Of a stretch of DNA of 64,000 bases, positions 49,210 through 62,617 are shown one piece after another. Within the stretch, counting starts at the first letter, position 1. Each line of letters starts with the position of its first letter. The stretch is from Veleropilina oligotropha (taxonomy: Eukaryota). The notes beneath the pieces are model-generated. The model ran no database searches. It was not told the DNA's origin and saw only the letters and a list, made by a program, of their open reading frames with translations. The position numbers and the translations under genes were made by a program. The stretch lies in contig JBEUKZ010000032.1 of NCBI GenBank assembly GCA_048128005.1, positions 434,001 through 498,000 on the forward strand. Reading direction: 5' to 3'.

Positions 49210-50150
49210 AAACTAAAAGGGTTAAAGTTTATACAATATATTAGCTTCTTTTAGAAAAGCAAAAATGACATCAATTTTAAAATAACTAAATATTTCTTGA
49301 AGTGATAATGCTCTATAATATTTTTGACGTATTGGGTCTAAATCACCGCACTCCAACAATGTTTGACAGTTAGGTCCGAAGCAAAAGGAATACAATCAGG
49401 TGGTGGCTCCCCTTTAAGAAATCAGGAGTGAGTGTATTCGCAATGTCCATTTCGCAGTCTGGTCAAACCGACCTCTTCACGGCATAGGGACCTGTAAAGG
49501 GAGCCTCATTCAACAAGAAAGGTCGGACATTTATTGAAGTTTATTCCCCGGGAAATCATCCCAATATCGTTGTCAAGTAGTTTGAATGTACTTATTTATA
49601 TTGTACTTAAAATCTGAATGCAGCATTTTGCACTTTATAGGATGCTAAATATGTAAAGATGATTTTGATGCTTTATCAGCCTTATCATTTGCCTTCGATG
49701 CTAATATGGCTCCATATCCAGCATACATTTATGTCATTTTCCTTGGAGAGATTGTTATATTTTAGCAATAACTGTTGTGTCCATACATTTCCATTTGTCC
49801 CCCTCAATGTTTGAAAACTCGAGAGAGAATCTGAATAAATGATAAATCTGTATCTAGCACTGTCAAGGATCAAATCAAATGTTAAATCAATTGATTTTAA
49901 TTCGGATGTAAATACAGTGGCGCTATCCGGCAGACGGATCCGAAAACATTGACTGCTAGTTACAGCCGCAGCACCCAGACGATCCCCATCCTTTGAACCA
50001 TCAGTGTATATGCTTATATCAGAATATTTTAGTTTCAAATCATTTACTTTAGATAAGTATGCAGTTATGTCTGTGTCTGATTTTTTAAGTTCTGTAAGTT
50101 GAAGGTCGATTATTGGCGTTATTAGTGTCCAAAGCTGGTGCATCCGAAAT
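49210..50150 (-). mobile_element. 5'-truncated RNase H-bearing (I/Nimb-like) LINE
   Basis: IYTDGSK...AAAV...TVFTSEL...IYSDSLS...CWIWSH RNase H motifs, followed by a CCHC-type zinc-knuckle region. Confidence 0.8.
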
Positions 50151-51419
50151 AGAATTTAATTCAATTTGATCTATATGCACAAGGTATTAAACGAGGGATA
50201 TTAAGCAGCCAACCTACCAACCTACTACAGCATGACTGATAGATATTCGTATTAGTTGATTACACGGAAAGGTGCTATGAAATGCCGAATGCAGATTTAT
50301 GCATCTGGAAATGAATTATCCCAGGGATGTGTAAAAGTTCCCTGATTGTGGTACTCCAATATTCTCTGTTCCACTGGCGGTCATCAAACCATTCTCAGAA
50401 ATGACACACACACACACACACACACACGCGCACACACACACACACACATACATACATACATATATATATGTGTGACCACATAATCAAGCAATGTTGTGGA
50501 CCATACACTTACTGTTGGTTATGATATCGCTGTTCACGATTCGCAATGTCTTCCATACTTTCTGGATTGTCGCTCAGTGCTAACTGAGAAACATCTTCCG
50601 TCTAACAGAGGACATTCCCTTAATGAAAACAAAGACAAAATCAGAAACCTGGTTGGTTGACGTTTCCATAGATTCCCTTGATTCTAATTTGCGACACTCC
50701 CTTGATGTTTTTGTTAGTTCTTCTATAAATTCCATGATTCGTGGAACAATTTATTAATGGTCTTGTTTTGTTCGACTGCCTTTTGTGCACTGTACAAGTT
50801 ATATAGATTATACATTAAGTGCTCTTAAATAAATTACATTAGTCACAATTTGCATTGGTATACTGTTACGACACCTACTATAACGGAAGCCTTTTAATGT
50901 ACACGCCAGGCGTGACGAATGTTAAGATATATATGGTAATGTTTCTTTTGACACTTGTTGTGTGTTACAAAGCGTTTTAGATAATACTTCATTGCGATTA
51001 TTTGGCTTATGTGGCTATACTGGATATTCACTTTTAGCGTTGTATATGAAAACAATGCACTTCTGTTCACGCTTCGTTTAATAGCAAAGACGTGGACAAT
51101 GAAATGTGATAATTTTCAACATGCAGCCGACGCAGCTGTCTTGCTGGGGTTTCTTCACTTTGCCACCACCTATATTGTTGTGTAGTGAAGCATACAGAGA
51201 GGAAAACAATGCCAGTTCCAGTGAGTTATATACAAAGTTGACCAATGGTATGACAACTCGACAAGTCGGATCAAATTTAAAAGATATCTATTATCAAGTT
51301 TAAATATCTACTTGGACAAAATTTCTTATTTTACTGAATATTTAATGCCTCATTAACACTCTTTAACGCCATCCCAGGAGAAGTAGGACTCATTCTTTAT
51401 ACCTCAGTTTCAGGGGCGA

Positions 51420-51815
51420 TAACCCTAACCCCATGTTTTGGGCGTTTTCCCGGGGGTCGGGGGTTTTAGGGTGGTACTTCCGTACCCCCAGGGGCGACCC
51501 CACCCCTGTTGGGGAGGCATGACCCTAGGTTTTCGCTGTCTAACCCTAGTATGATAGTTGGTATGCTTACCCTAACCCTAGCATGTATGATTGTCTAGTA
51601 TGACGGCTAACCCTAACCCTATTATGTTAGCTAGTATGCTAGATGGTTCTAACCCCAGTATGATGGTATGATCTAACCCTAGTATGATGGTATGATCTAA
51701 CCCTAGTATGATCGATGGTAATCCTAGTATGTTCTAACCCCAATTTTAGTATCCTAGTTCTATCCCTAGTATGTTCTAAGTCTAGTATGATAGATGGTTC
51801 TAACCCTAGTATGTT
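51420..51815. repeat. Degenerate telomere-like (CTAACC) tandem array
   Basis: taaccctaaccc and repeated 'ctaaccctagtatg' units. Confidence 0.6.
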
Positions 51816-53939
51816 CTATTGGCACCACGCATATCACCTGGGATACCTATCTGTGTGTATCACCTGGGATACATAGCTGCGTGTATATGTGTTATTTTCA
51901 CCTGGGATACCTATCATCTAGCCTACATTTTGAAGGATACCCATATGTAGGAATATCCTGAGTTCACCTGTATTCTCGTTTAGTGATACCAACTTGACTG
52001 AATAGGTACATGTACAATTGACGGTTAGTCAACCTGGATGTCTACTTGAATATGTATGCTAAAACCGGCATCCACTATCTGATAGCAGCAGCCGAACAGC
52101 GTGCACCCTCACCACCCTCGTGGTTCAAGGCATAGTGTGTTACCTTTGAGAGGTTACTATCTACTAGTTCACCTGTATTCCCGTATAGTGATACCCATTT
52201 GACCATGCCTGTACAACTGGCGTGTCCCTATTGTACAGCGCTTTTGAACAATTTGGAAAATGCGCTATATAAAAGTCAATTATTATTATTATTATTATTA
52301 TTATCTGTATATATAAATACACACTGTATTCTGGTCACCTCCTATATGTTAGGTATCCCACCTATTCGCAGCTTTAAAGATCAACCCTTCCAGTGTTTGT
52401 ACTATATTGTTCAGCGTTTATTCAAACTAGAAAATGTATTTTTCATTTTCACCAATGCTATAGACATTGGCGAGTCATAGTGGGCGAACAGACTTTTATA
52501 CTGAATGTATACCCAACCAAAGTCATGTGATATGTTTGTTGATTTTTTCGCCGACGTGAAGCCCTTTGTTCGGAATAAGTGAATAAACTCGTAGTACGGT
52601 AGGTTAATGAAGATGAAATTCAACAGATAATATTATTTGAAAACGAAATATACCTATAATGATGGCATAACAGGGAATTATCAGCCGAAAATTGCTATTG
52701 ATCTCCTATTAGGCCTATATGTTTTGTTACTATATTTAGCGGATCGGCGGTATCAACAAAGAGGGGTACGTAGGGTTGGTATTTTACAATGTAAGTCAAC
52801 AGATAATGTCATTTGAAAACGAAATATACGTATAATGATGGTATATAACGAAGAATTATTATTAGCTAATGATCAAAGTTCAGCGATTATGAATAATTCT
52901 CAATGCTAATATATGGCCAGTATGGGTATCACACCATACAGCATTAAACCATAAAGCTCACAGGCTCATAGACTTTCTTGTAACTATTTATAGATTGTGA
53001 CGTTATACTAATGAGCTGTTAGTTACTGGGATTTCGGGTTGTTGTATAATAATAAGATCGGGTAATGTCGGGAATTTCCGTAATTCCTGCATTCCTGCAC
53101 TCATTCAGTATTTTTAAGAAAATTCAGAGATCAGTCTAAATGCTTTAATATAATGATAAATAAATTGTAAATACCCAGATATATTAACCAAAACGGGAAG
53201 AGGATAGATCCATGTTTGAACCGTTTAACATTTCCATTTGATCAGACAGACTATAGGGGGAGATAACTGTGTTTTTAACAAGGTGCTATTATCCCTATAT
53301 AAATAACATACATACTGCTTGTTAGCGAGGTTATATTTATTAGATTGCCACATGTGAAGCATATTATTATATATATCCGACCGATTAACGTCTCTATTTT
53401 ATCGGTCGAATTATGGCCTATATGCGCATATAAGCGAATTATTGCATTGGCATATTTCTTGATCATTGCAGACAGAATTTGTCTAGAAGCACATGCGCCT
53501 TTATTCGAATATACGCGCATGCGCATAAATATGGATATTTACATGCATAGGTATGTTTTAGTATTAAAAGAAGGATATACTTAATAGTTACTATATGCCT
53601 TAAAATGTATACTATATTGAGAGGTTAAGTATATGCGCCTATATTCAGATGCGCGTCAATACGGTAGGCCTATCATAGTTGTCTTTGCATACGCCGACAA
53701 AAAAGCAAGTCAACGTATCCTCAAAATTTGAAGAAATAATCCCCTATTTTATGCAAAGACGGGCAAGCACTTCATGTATGACTCATAATGGTAATGAACC
53801 CTGCTTGCTCACACTGACCGTAATGCCCATGGAATATATACCTAAACTGCGTATATTGCCTCAATTTATATTTTGCATTGGTATCATCGCTTGATGACTC
53901 AAACGTAGATCTACCTCCATTTCAAAGTAAGGCTAATAA

Positions 53940-56825
53940 TAACCTATATAATATCAGCGTCACTGAAGAAGATATACTAGTAGATGTATCACAGATAATC
54001 AATATACGAAAAGCACCTGGTCCAGACATGATTACACATAACATGCTAAGAGCGTAAAGCATTCCGTTACCCTACCATTATCTATTATCTTTAATCGGTC
54101 TATCCAAGAAGGAATATTTCCCTCATAATGGAAAATAGCCCATAAAATACCAATTTTTTAAAATGGGGACAGAACAGAACCCCGCGATGGTGTTTTCCCA
54201 ATTCGCCTACTTTCCCAACTCGGCTACCTAATTTAAAAAAAATGAAGATAGGCGAGATGGGAATTGTATTTTCACACCTTCGGATAACACAAAGACACAA
54301 AACACTGTAATTAGCACACTTTAATGGCATATAGAATAGGTAGAAAAATACCATTTACAGTTTTAAAAGGTATGATGATATTCAAAATCTGTCTTTTTTG
54401 ATAACACAAACAAAAGTTGACATCGTTCTTGCTGCTTCAACGACTGGTACAGTAATCGTTTCGTTCATTCTCGTTGTAAATCTGTGGCATTGGTGGAATT
54501 TTATCTAATGATCGTTTTACGCATTTTCGACAATGTCTTATCTTTCGCTCATTTGCTTGGAATCGGTAGGTGGGTATGATCCCGTCCTTCTCCGGTGATC
54601 ATATCGTTCTTCGTTGAATGTTGCTGAGCAAACAGCCATGATTACAGCATTTCCAACTAACCAAGTCGCTTCTCTTCATATTCAATCTAAACTTACAGTG
54701 CCCCTTTCATATTAATAGTCTTCCACCTGTATGGCTGGTAATAAAATCTACTTTAGTTTGTGCCTGTGTCATGGATGGTCTACCATTTGTAATAATACTG
54801 ATAACTAGCAATTATTTATAAAGTTTTATAGTCAGAATGCATTTTGAAAACTATCCATATTACGACTGTTAAATGAGTTCACTGATAAGTATCCAGTGTT
54901 GTCGAGGTATCCATGTAGGTAATTCGCGCCATGTTGGAATCCTATTGTTAACTACTAATCACGCACTAATCCCCCCAGGTAGGCCAGTTGGGAAGTAGGC
55001 GAGTTGGGCATGAACCCCTGCAACTACCGACCCATAATTATCTCTTCGAAGCTGTATATAATGGAGAGGGGTGGCACAAGAATAGCCATTACTTCTTTCT
55101 TGAAATTCGCAAACTCTATCAGTTTCAAAGCGGATTTCAAACCCAACATTCAACAACGTGTCAGCTCAATGAAATTTATTGCAACGTGTTAAACGCAATG
55201 GAAAAAATGAATCTTCTTGCTAAGTCCTTTTGACATTTGAAAGAGTCTGGCATAAGGGTTTGTTATTTAAATTGGAGCAAGTCGGAAGTGGTGGCTCTCT
55301 ACTGTGCTGGATTGAAAATTATCTCAAAGATGGTAATCAGAGAGTAACGATTATCTCTGTCACTCAAAAAGTACCAGCCGGTGTACCCCAGTGTTCTGTT
55401 CTGGTCCCTTGTTATTTTTAGTGTATATTAATGATCTCCCGGAAACCGTACACAGCAAATGTAGATTATTCGCTGATGATATAGAATTACAAAATTTAAT
55501 CAACACCGACTTAACCGCAATATCAGAGTAGTCAAAGAAATGGATGGTATCTTTTAATCCAACAAAGACGGAAGCTATGCTTATATCTGCCAGCCAAAAC
55601 GAAAAACCTAACTTAATCTTAGATTAAACCCCAGTTAAATTTGTATCCGCACACAGGCATTTGGGATTGACATTTTCATCCGATAGAAAATGGACAAAAC
55701 GTATAAAAAACATAGCTCAAACTGCATCCAAAAAAATGTCAGATATGCGGAAATTGATATTTACCTTAAATAAAGATAAATGACTTCAAATTTATAAAAA
55801 AATTATTAGACCATGTTTTGAGTATGCGGTGGAGATATGGAGTACCTTATCTGAAACTGACGCACATAAGTTAAATCTTATTCAAAATGAATCTATGCGA
55901 ACTATCACAGGCTTACCGAGATACGCTGTTATTCAAATATTATACAAAGAAACTGGGCTACGTGATCTTGCATTTCGGAGAAATAACATAAAACACTATA
56001 TATAAGATTATTAATGGCAAAGCACCTGATTACTTAGTTCAATTACTTCCACCATTTGGACACAACGTCACAAATTACGAATTAAGAAACAGGGAACATT
56101 TCAATCGTATCCCGTGTCGCCTTGAGGCGACTCGAAAATCATTATTTCCATCCACCATTGCCCTGTGGGACAATCTTGAACACAAAAGGAAATATTTACC
56201 AACATTACAATCCTTCAAAAATGCAAATAAACCTGATATGAAAAGTACGATATGGAAAATTGCCAACATTTGTCATGAAATATGTAAATTATACATACAA
56301 GAATCTGAAACAATTGCAGCCCACTCCATGCTGACTTATTTAATAATCATTGCGAACTCCAATTGTTCCATGTGGAGCCCTGTACTGAGATGCTACACAT
56401 TACTTTATAACTGTCCAAATTACACATCGGAAAGAAATGAGATACTGACAAATTTACTAACAGACGCAACAATTCACGATCTTTTATACGGTACTTCCTC
56501 AAAATCTGTTGACGAAAATCAGACATAATACAATAATATACCTTCATACATCAAACGAACTAAACGATTTTTATCTTAAATGTTACAATAAAATTACAAT
56601 CACTGTAATAGCGATTGATTAAAAATACAGATATCACGATGTTGCATACTGTGTCTGTACTCTATTTACAAATGCTTCATTGTATATACCATGTCATCAT
56701 TCTGCTATGTTTGGAACATTGCTTATTATTTCTCATGTAGGGAGCGGGCGATTCCTTCATTTTGTAATAACTTTATGCCCAATCCCATTGTTGATTATTT
56801 TGAACAATAAATACATCTTTTAAAA
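53940..56825 (+). mobile_element. Decayed CR1 LINE (RT region), split by a DNA transposon
   Basis: KAPGPD, PIFKNGDRTEP|CNYRPI, ERVWHKGLL, GVPQCSVL, FADD; C-terminal CPCG motif. Confidence 0.8.
54184..55018. mobile_element. TIR DNA transposon relic (MULE-like) nested in the CR1
   Basis: Inverted ends cccaattcgcctactttcccaact and agttgggaagtaggcgagttggg; the LINE frame rejoins across it. Confidence 0.65.
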
Positions 56826-57029
56826 AAGTGCTTGTCAAAGATTCACAGAGAAAGTAAATTGGCTATCAATCTTGGTTAGCATGATATAAAATAGTAATTT
56901 AATAGTTGCCTAGCTGAGGCTAACAGCAATTGCGCTATATCAATATTATAAGGGAGATAAACATGTTTCCTTATCACTGGAATGCATTTTATACGGAAAC
57001 GTATTAGGGCCACAACGAAATACATAAAA

Positions 57030-58562
57030 AGTCGAAATTTTCCGGTATCATGCCTAAAAGAATGAAGAATGCTATTGTCAAACCCCTGCTAAAGAAATCC
57101 ACCATAAACCCAGACGAACTGAAAAACTACAGATCGATATCTAACCTGTCTTTCATTTCAAAGAAAGTTGAAAAGACGGTCTGTAGGCGACTTTCTGAAT
57201 ATCTTCAGAAGCATGATCTCCATGAACCCTTCCAGTCAGCTTATCGACAGGGTCACATCACTGAAATTGCTCTTCTTCATGTCGTCAATGCCATTCGCTC
57301 TGGTATCGACAAAGGCAATATGCCATTGCTAGTAATGCTCGACCTGAGCTCAGCATTTGATACCATCTACCATGGCAACCTGATTCTACGCCTCGACGAC
57401 CAGTTCGGAATCAGGGGACATGCTTTGGCATGGTTTCATTCGTATTTGAGCAACAGGTCTCAATCAGTTGTAGTAGAGAATTCGTTTGCACCACCAGTCA
57501 GATTGGTTTGCGGAGTTCCATAAGGTTCTGTTCTTGGATCCGTTCTCTTCACTCTCTACACCAAGTACATCGGTAATCTCATTACATAGCACAATCATCA
57601 ACGCCAATTTTATGACGATGATTCACACTGTTTGATGTCTTCAAACCAACAGTCACTTCTGCTGATGCTGCCATTTCCAATATGCTTATGTGCTACGACG
57701 AAGTGAAAGCCTGGACAACACACAATAAACTCAAGCTGAATAATCAGAAAACAGAAGCAATACTCTTTGGTCCAACTGCAAGAAGAAAGAAATCTGAAGT
57801 CACATCATTCACTGCTGGATCTTCATCTATTGCTCTCTCTGATGCTGTACGAAATCTTGGAGTCATTCTTGATATCGAGCTGTCAATGGACAACAACGTA
57901 ACATATCAAAGCAATGTTTTAGTGTCATCAGAAACATTAACTCCATCCGCAAGTTTCTAGCTACAAAATCAGCCAAACTCGAACTGTGTCGTTAATCCTG
58001 TCAAGGTTGGAATACTGCAAATAGTCTTTTGGCTGGATCCGCAATATATCAAACCGCCAGATTACAAGAATCTAAAACATCGCTGCCAGGATTGTTTTCC
58101 TCACAAAACAGAGTGATCACATAACCCCCGTCTTGAATACCTTGCATGGCTACCAGTGGACTATCGAATAAAATTCAAAATTATCTGCATTACATACAAA
58201 TGCATTGCAGGCATCGCCCCTAATTACCCCTGCAACCTTGTAGCTTCCTACAACCCTACCCGAATTCTTAGATCCCAGGAAAAGAACCTTTTTGTCGTGC
58301 CAAAGATGAACACAGCCAGATACGATCAACACTCTTTCTCATACGTGGCTGCTGAGGAGTGGAATGTGCTACCACATGAACTTCGTAACTCTTCCACTCT
58401 TGAGTCCATCAGAGCCAATCTGAAAACATATCTTTTCAAACAACTTACAAGCCTACCACTGCTAATCTTGACATGAGATATATTCCTCCTGCGCTTAAAG
58501 CATGTTTTTACATTACATGGAATACAGCGCATTATAAATTTATTATTATCATTATTATTATA
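57030..58562 (+). mobile_element. 5'-truncated L2 LINE (RT to 3' end)
   Basis: PLLKK..LKNYRSISNLSFISK, FQSAYR, LDLSSAFDT, LHGYPV.YRIKFK; (ATT)n tail. Confidence 0.85.
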
Positions 58563-59451
58563 AAAGCATCTCATCGTTCAAAGTTTTAAGACTATCTTTA
58601 AGAGAAGAATTGTTGTCCTATATAGGCCTAATTATTATAAATATCGTTTTATGAACCGATGTTAGGAGTATTTGATTATTCAAATCGAGTAGGCCTAGAT
58701 CTACTTTGAGGTAAAATGTGGCCATCGGACAGTTTCATTTTATAGACATTTCGCACTATAATGAATCACGAACATAAAGCGGCTGCTTCTACTTTTTAGG
58801 CCTACACTAAAATGGGATTCAAATGACATTTAATTTATATTTATTGCATACAGTTTTGTCAGTTTAGAGACTACCAAACCCTGTAATAAAAGTTAACATC
58901 CAATAATTAATGTTTTAATTTGACGTATTGAATTATAGACTAAATTAAGCGAGATATGATTGATTGTTTTTATTAAGCAAGGACACACAACAAAGCAAAT
59001 ATAACACATAAAGCATATAAAGATGATCATTTCCTCTGTGGTCTATAGAAACATAATTAGGCTACAATAACACAACAATATAATTTAGACGATACTTCAT
59101 TGCGATTCTTTTGTTATAAGACTGTGTCTATCCTGGATATTCACTTTTAGCGTTGTATAATTATGAAAACAATGCACTTCTGTTCACACGTCGTTTATTA
59201 GCAAAGACATGGACAATGAAATCTGATAATTTTCATCAGAGGGCTGCGTTGCTCAGATCTCCTTCTCTTTGGCACCTCGTATTGTTGTGTAGTCAAGTAT
59301 ACCGAGAAGAGAACAATACCTGTTATAAACAAAGTTGATTTGAAGTAGGATAGTACTTAAGATTTTGACATTAAATTTGACCAGTTTAAAATGTGTGTTT
59401 ACAGTGCATTTTAAGAATATTTGAGGCACAATTGTATGTTATATCAAGCTT

Positions 59452-60660
59452 AACTAGAACTGCGAGCAGTTTTACAGCTTCTGTTGAAACCAAATTCATA
59501 AGTAACAGGTCATGGACACGTATGAATGCGCCCTAAACTTTCCAAAATTGTATACATCATTTTGGCGCATTTATGCGTGTTAGATCATTTTCGGCTATCT
59601 AGGTCAGGCAAGGTCAAAGTCAAGGCATCTTATAAAGCCAACTTAGTCTGTCCTAAATATGCATAGGGTATTTTTACCAAATTTTCTTTAATTATGTTTT
59701 AGTAATTAAGCCATTTTGGGTATCTAGGTGATCCGAGGTCAAAGGTCAAGGTCTCATTATAAAACTTCCATGGCTTCAAATATGTTGCTACATCATTATT
59801 ACCAATATTTTAGTAATTAAGTCATTTTCGGCTATCTAGGTCATCCAGGGTCAAAGGTCAAGTTCACATTGACGAGCCCACTTAATTTGTCCTAAATGTC
59901 CATAGGCTATTTCTTACCAATTTTCGTTAATTAAATCATTTTCGGGTATCTAGGTCATCCGAGGTCAAAGGTCAAGGTCTTATTATAAAACTTTCTTGGC
60001 TGAACATTATGTTCCTACATCATTATTACCTGTTTTATTAGCAATTAGGTCATTTTCGGGTATCTAGGTCATCCAAGGTCAAGGGTCAAGGTCACCTTAG
60101 AAAGCCCACTTAGTATGTCCTAATGTCCATAGCTATTTTTTGCCGATTTTCGCTAATTACGTCATTTGGGGATATCTAGGTCATCCGAGGTCAAAGGTCA
60201 AGGTCTCATTATAAAGCTTTTCATGGTTTCACATGTTACTACATAATTATTACCCATTGTTTTAGTAATTAAGCTATTTTGGGGTATCTAGGTCAGTCAA
60301 GGTCAAAGGCCAAGGTCACCTTATAACGCCCACTTAATATGTCCTAAATTTCCATTGGCTATTTATATACCAATTTTCGTTATTTGTGTCATTTATGTGC
60401 GCATGTCCCAACTGATCGGAATAACACCAAATTCAATATGCATCTAGTTTATCCCCCTTCTCAACCCCTTCCCACACGCAATCCTAATACAACGATAATT
60501 GTTAGGCCTCTTGCGCTCATCCATTCCGATTCTACTAGGATTGTAACATTTCACTGTATAACATACAAAAGAAATCTCATTGAAATATAATGGACAGACA
60601 TACAGACAGACGGACGACATTTCAGCGGGCATGTCCCTACATGAGCGCATCATTGCCAAA
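59452..60660. repeat. Helitron/Helentron-like non-autonomous element with ~120 bp tandem subunits
   Basis: Starts aactagaactgcgagc; repeated 'tatctaggtcatccgaggtcaaaggtcaagg'; GACA microsatellite at the end. Confidence 0.6.
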
Positions 60661-61456
60661 ACAACATATACATTATGACAGTGTTGATACAAAGCATTTC
60701 TCACTCAAGACTTAAATCATGCATACCGTTGGTGGTGGCCGCGTATACATCATTTGTGTTTTAACAGGCCAGTTCAACAACCAACCACCAGTAACAGTGT
60801 TATGCAAGAAGAACTTACCACACCGATAATTTATCTTTGGAGCACAAATTATTGCTATAAATTTTAACTGCCATCAAATATAACGCTATAAAGTTGTTGA
60901 TAATATCCAACTCTGTAACTTGTTCAAATTTGAGATGTCTGGCGTGAGTGGTTACCGAATTACGGCCCTTTATTTCAAAATATTTTGATTGATTCTTAAA
61001 AAAATAGTTATAATTTTCACATTTCATATTGTTTTCCAATTTTTTTTGCTGATAGCTTTATAATTTCATCGGAACTACATTTTGCATTACGAAATTACAC
61101 AATTTATTTTGATTTGACCAAAATAAAAATTAACCTCCTAACTTCAAAAGTTTAGATGCGTCTGGCGGCCATCTTGGGCACTGTACCGCTACGAAAATAG
61201 CACCATGACATCGCCATAATATAGAATTTGGTTTCCAAGATTCCACTACAGTCGGCTTCTCGGTTTTTGAGGAGAATATTTGAATAGGTTATCACCCTAA
61301 TCAAACATGGTCGCCAAAATATTTAACCAATGAGATCCAGTTACACATCAAACAATTATATACTCAACCTATTTCCACTCCTGAAAATTTCACTAATGTG
61401 CCTTGCGTATTTTTTAATAATTGCACTTTTTAAAACCGTGAAAAATAATAATAATA

Positions 61457-62011
61457 ACTAGAACTGCGAGCGGTTATATGGCTTCCGTTGAAACCAAATT
61501 CATAAGTAACAGGTCATGGACACGTTTGAATGCGCCCTAAACTTTGAAAAATTTTATACATCATTTTGGCGCATTTATGCTTATTAGGTCATTTTCGGCT
61601 ATCTAGGTCAGGGAAGGTCAAAGTCAAGGTCATTTTAGAAAGCCAACTTACTATATCCTAAATATCCATGGGCTATTTTTATTAATTTTCGTTAATTATG
61701 TCATTTTCTGTTATCTAGGTCATCCGAGGTCAAAGGTCAAGGTCTCATTATAAAACATCCATGGCTTCAAATATGTTGTTACATCATTATTACCCATTTT
61801 TTAGTAATTAAATCATTTTCGACTATCTAGGTCATCCTAGGTCAAAGGTCAAGTTCACATTAAGAGCCCACTTAATTTGTCCTAAATGTCAATAGGCTAT
61901 TTCTTACCAATTTTCGTTAATTATTTCATTTTTGGTTATCTAGGTTATCCGAGGTCAAAGGTCAAGGTCTTATTATATAACTTTCTTGGCTGAACATGTT
62001 CCTACATCATT
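61457..62011. repeat. Second copy of the same tandem-array element, interrupted by Polinton-like copy 2
   Basis: Aligns to 59452-60020 and stops at cctacatcatt|agcagc. Confidence 0.7.
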
Positions 62012-62293
62012 AGCAGCAGGGGGGGTGACCATACCTTTTAGAATGGAAAAATAAGGCTCCCAGCACTATTTCAGAACTGAGCTGGTATTACTGAGGGGGA
62101 CTAGGGAGTTAGGGTGGGGTCCGGGGGCCCGGGAGTGGGGGCTCCCAGCCCTATTTCAGACCCGAGGGTAGGGATTGTATTACAAAAAGTCACCGTGTGT
62201 AAGAGCCCGTAGGGACGGCCCGTTACCCTCGCCGGCCCGGGCTCTCTTTTAGACATACCCATATCATAGGATATACCCACTGCAAAGGATACG

Positions 62294-62569
62294 ATGAAGG
62301 GCTATGACACCTGTCAATGGCTGACCATCAGCTCCACAGAACTATGCGGTAAGAGTTGTCTGAGAGAGTTTTGCAAAGTCCACCTGGCTCGGCAACGGCG
62401 AAATGGCTGGGGCACAAAGCCCTGCATCAAATGCGGCAAAGGCGTCTTCAACCGGTTTACGCTGTGTCAGGGCTGTGGGTATCGGAATAAGAACGCTAGG
62501 GACTGTCAACGAAAGACCAGGGCATTCCAGAGAGAGTTTCTCCGCATGGCTGTGATTTACCACACGTAA
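62294..62569 (+). CDS. Zinc-finger protein (copy 2)
   Basis: 91 aa orthologue of 15914-16189 with the core Cys/His pattern kept. Confidence 0.75.
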   Translation: MKGYDTCQWLTISSTELCGKSCLREFCKVHLARQRRNGWGTKPCIKCGKGVFNRFTLCQGCGYRNKNARDCQRKTRAFQREFLRMAVIYHT

Positions 62570-62617
62570 ATTTCCTATTAGAGGAATGATCATCATAGTG
62601 TATGCCCACCCAGCAAC

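Noticed and set aside
50985..51210. ~230 bp direct repeat shared with 59092-59320 as LTRs of an 8 kb element
   Set aside because: No TG...CA ends, PBS or gag/pol between them; better explained as a dispersed repeat or old local duplication.
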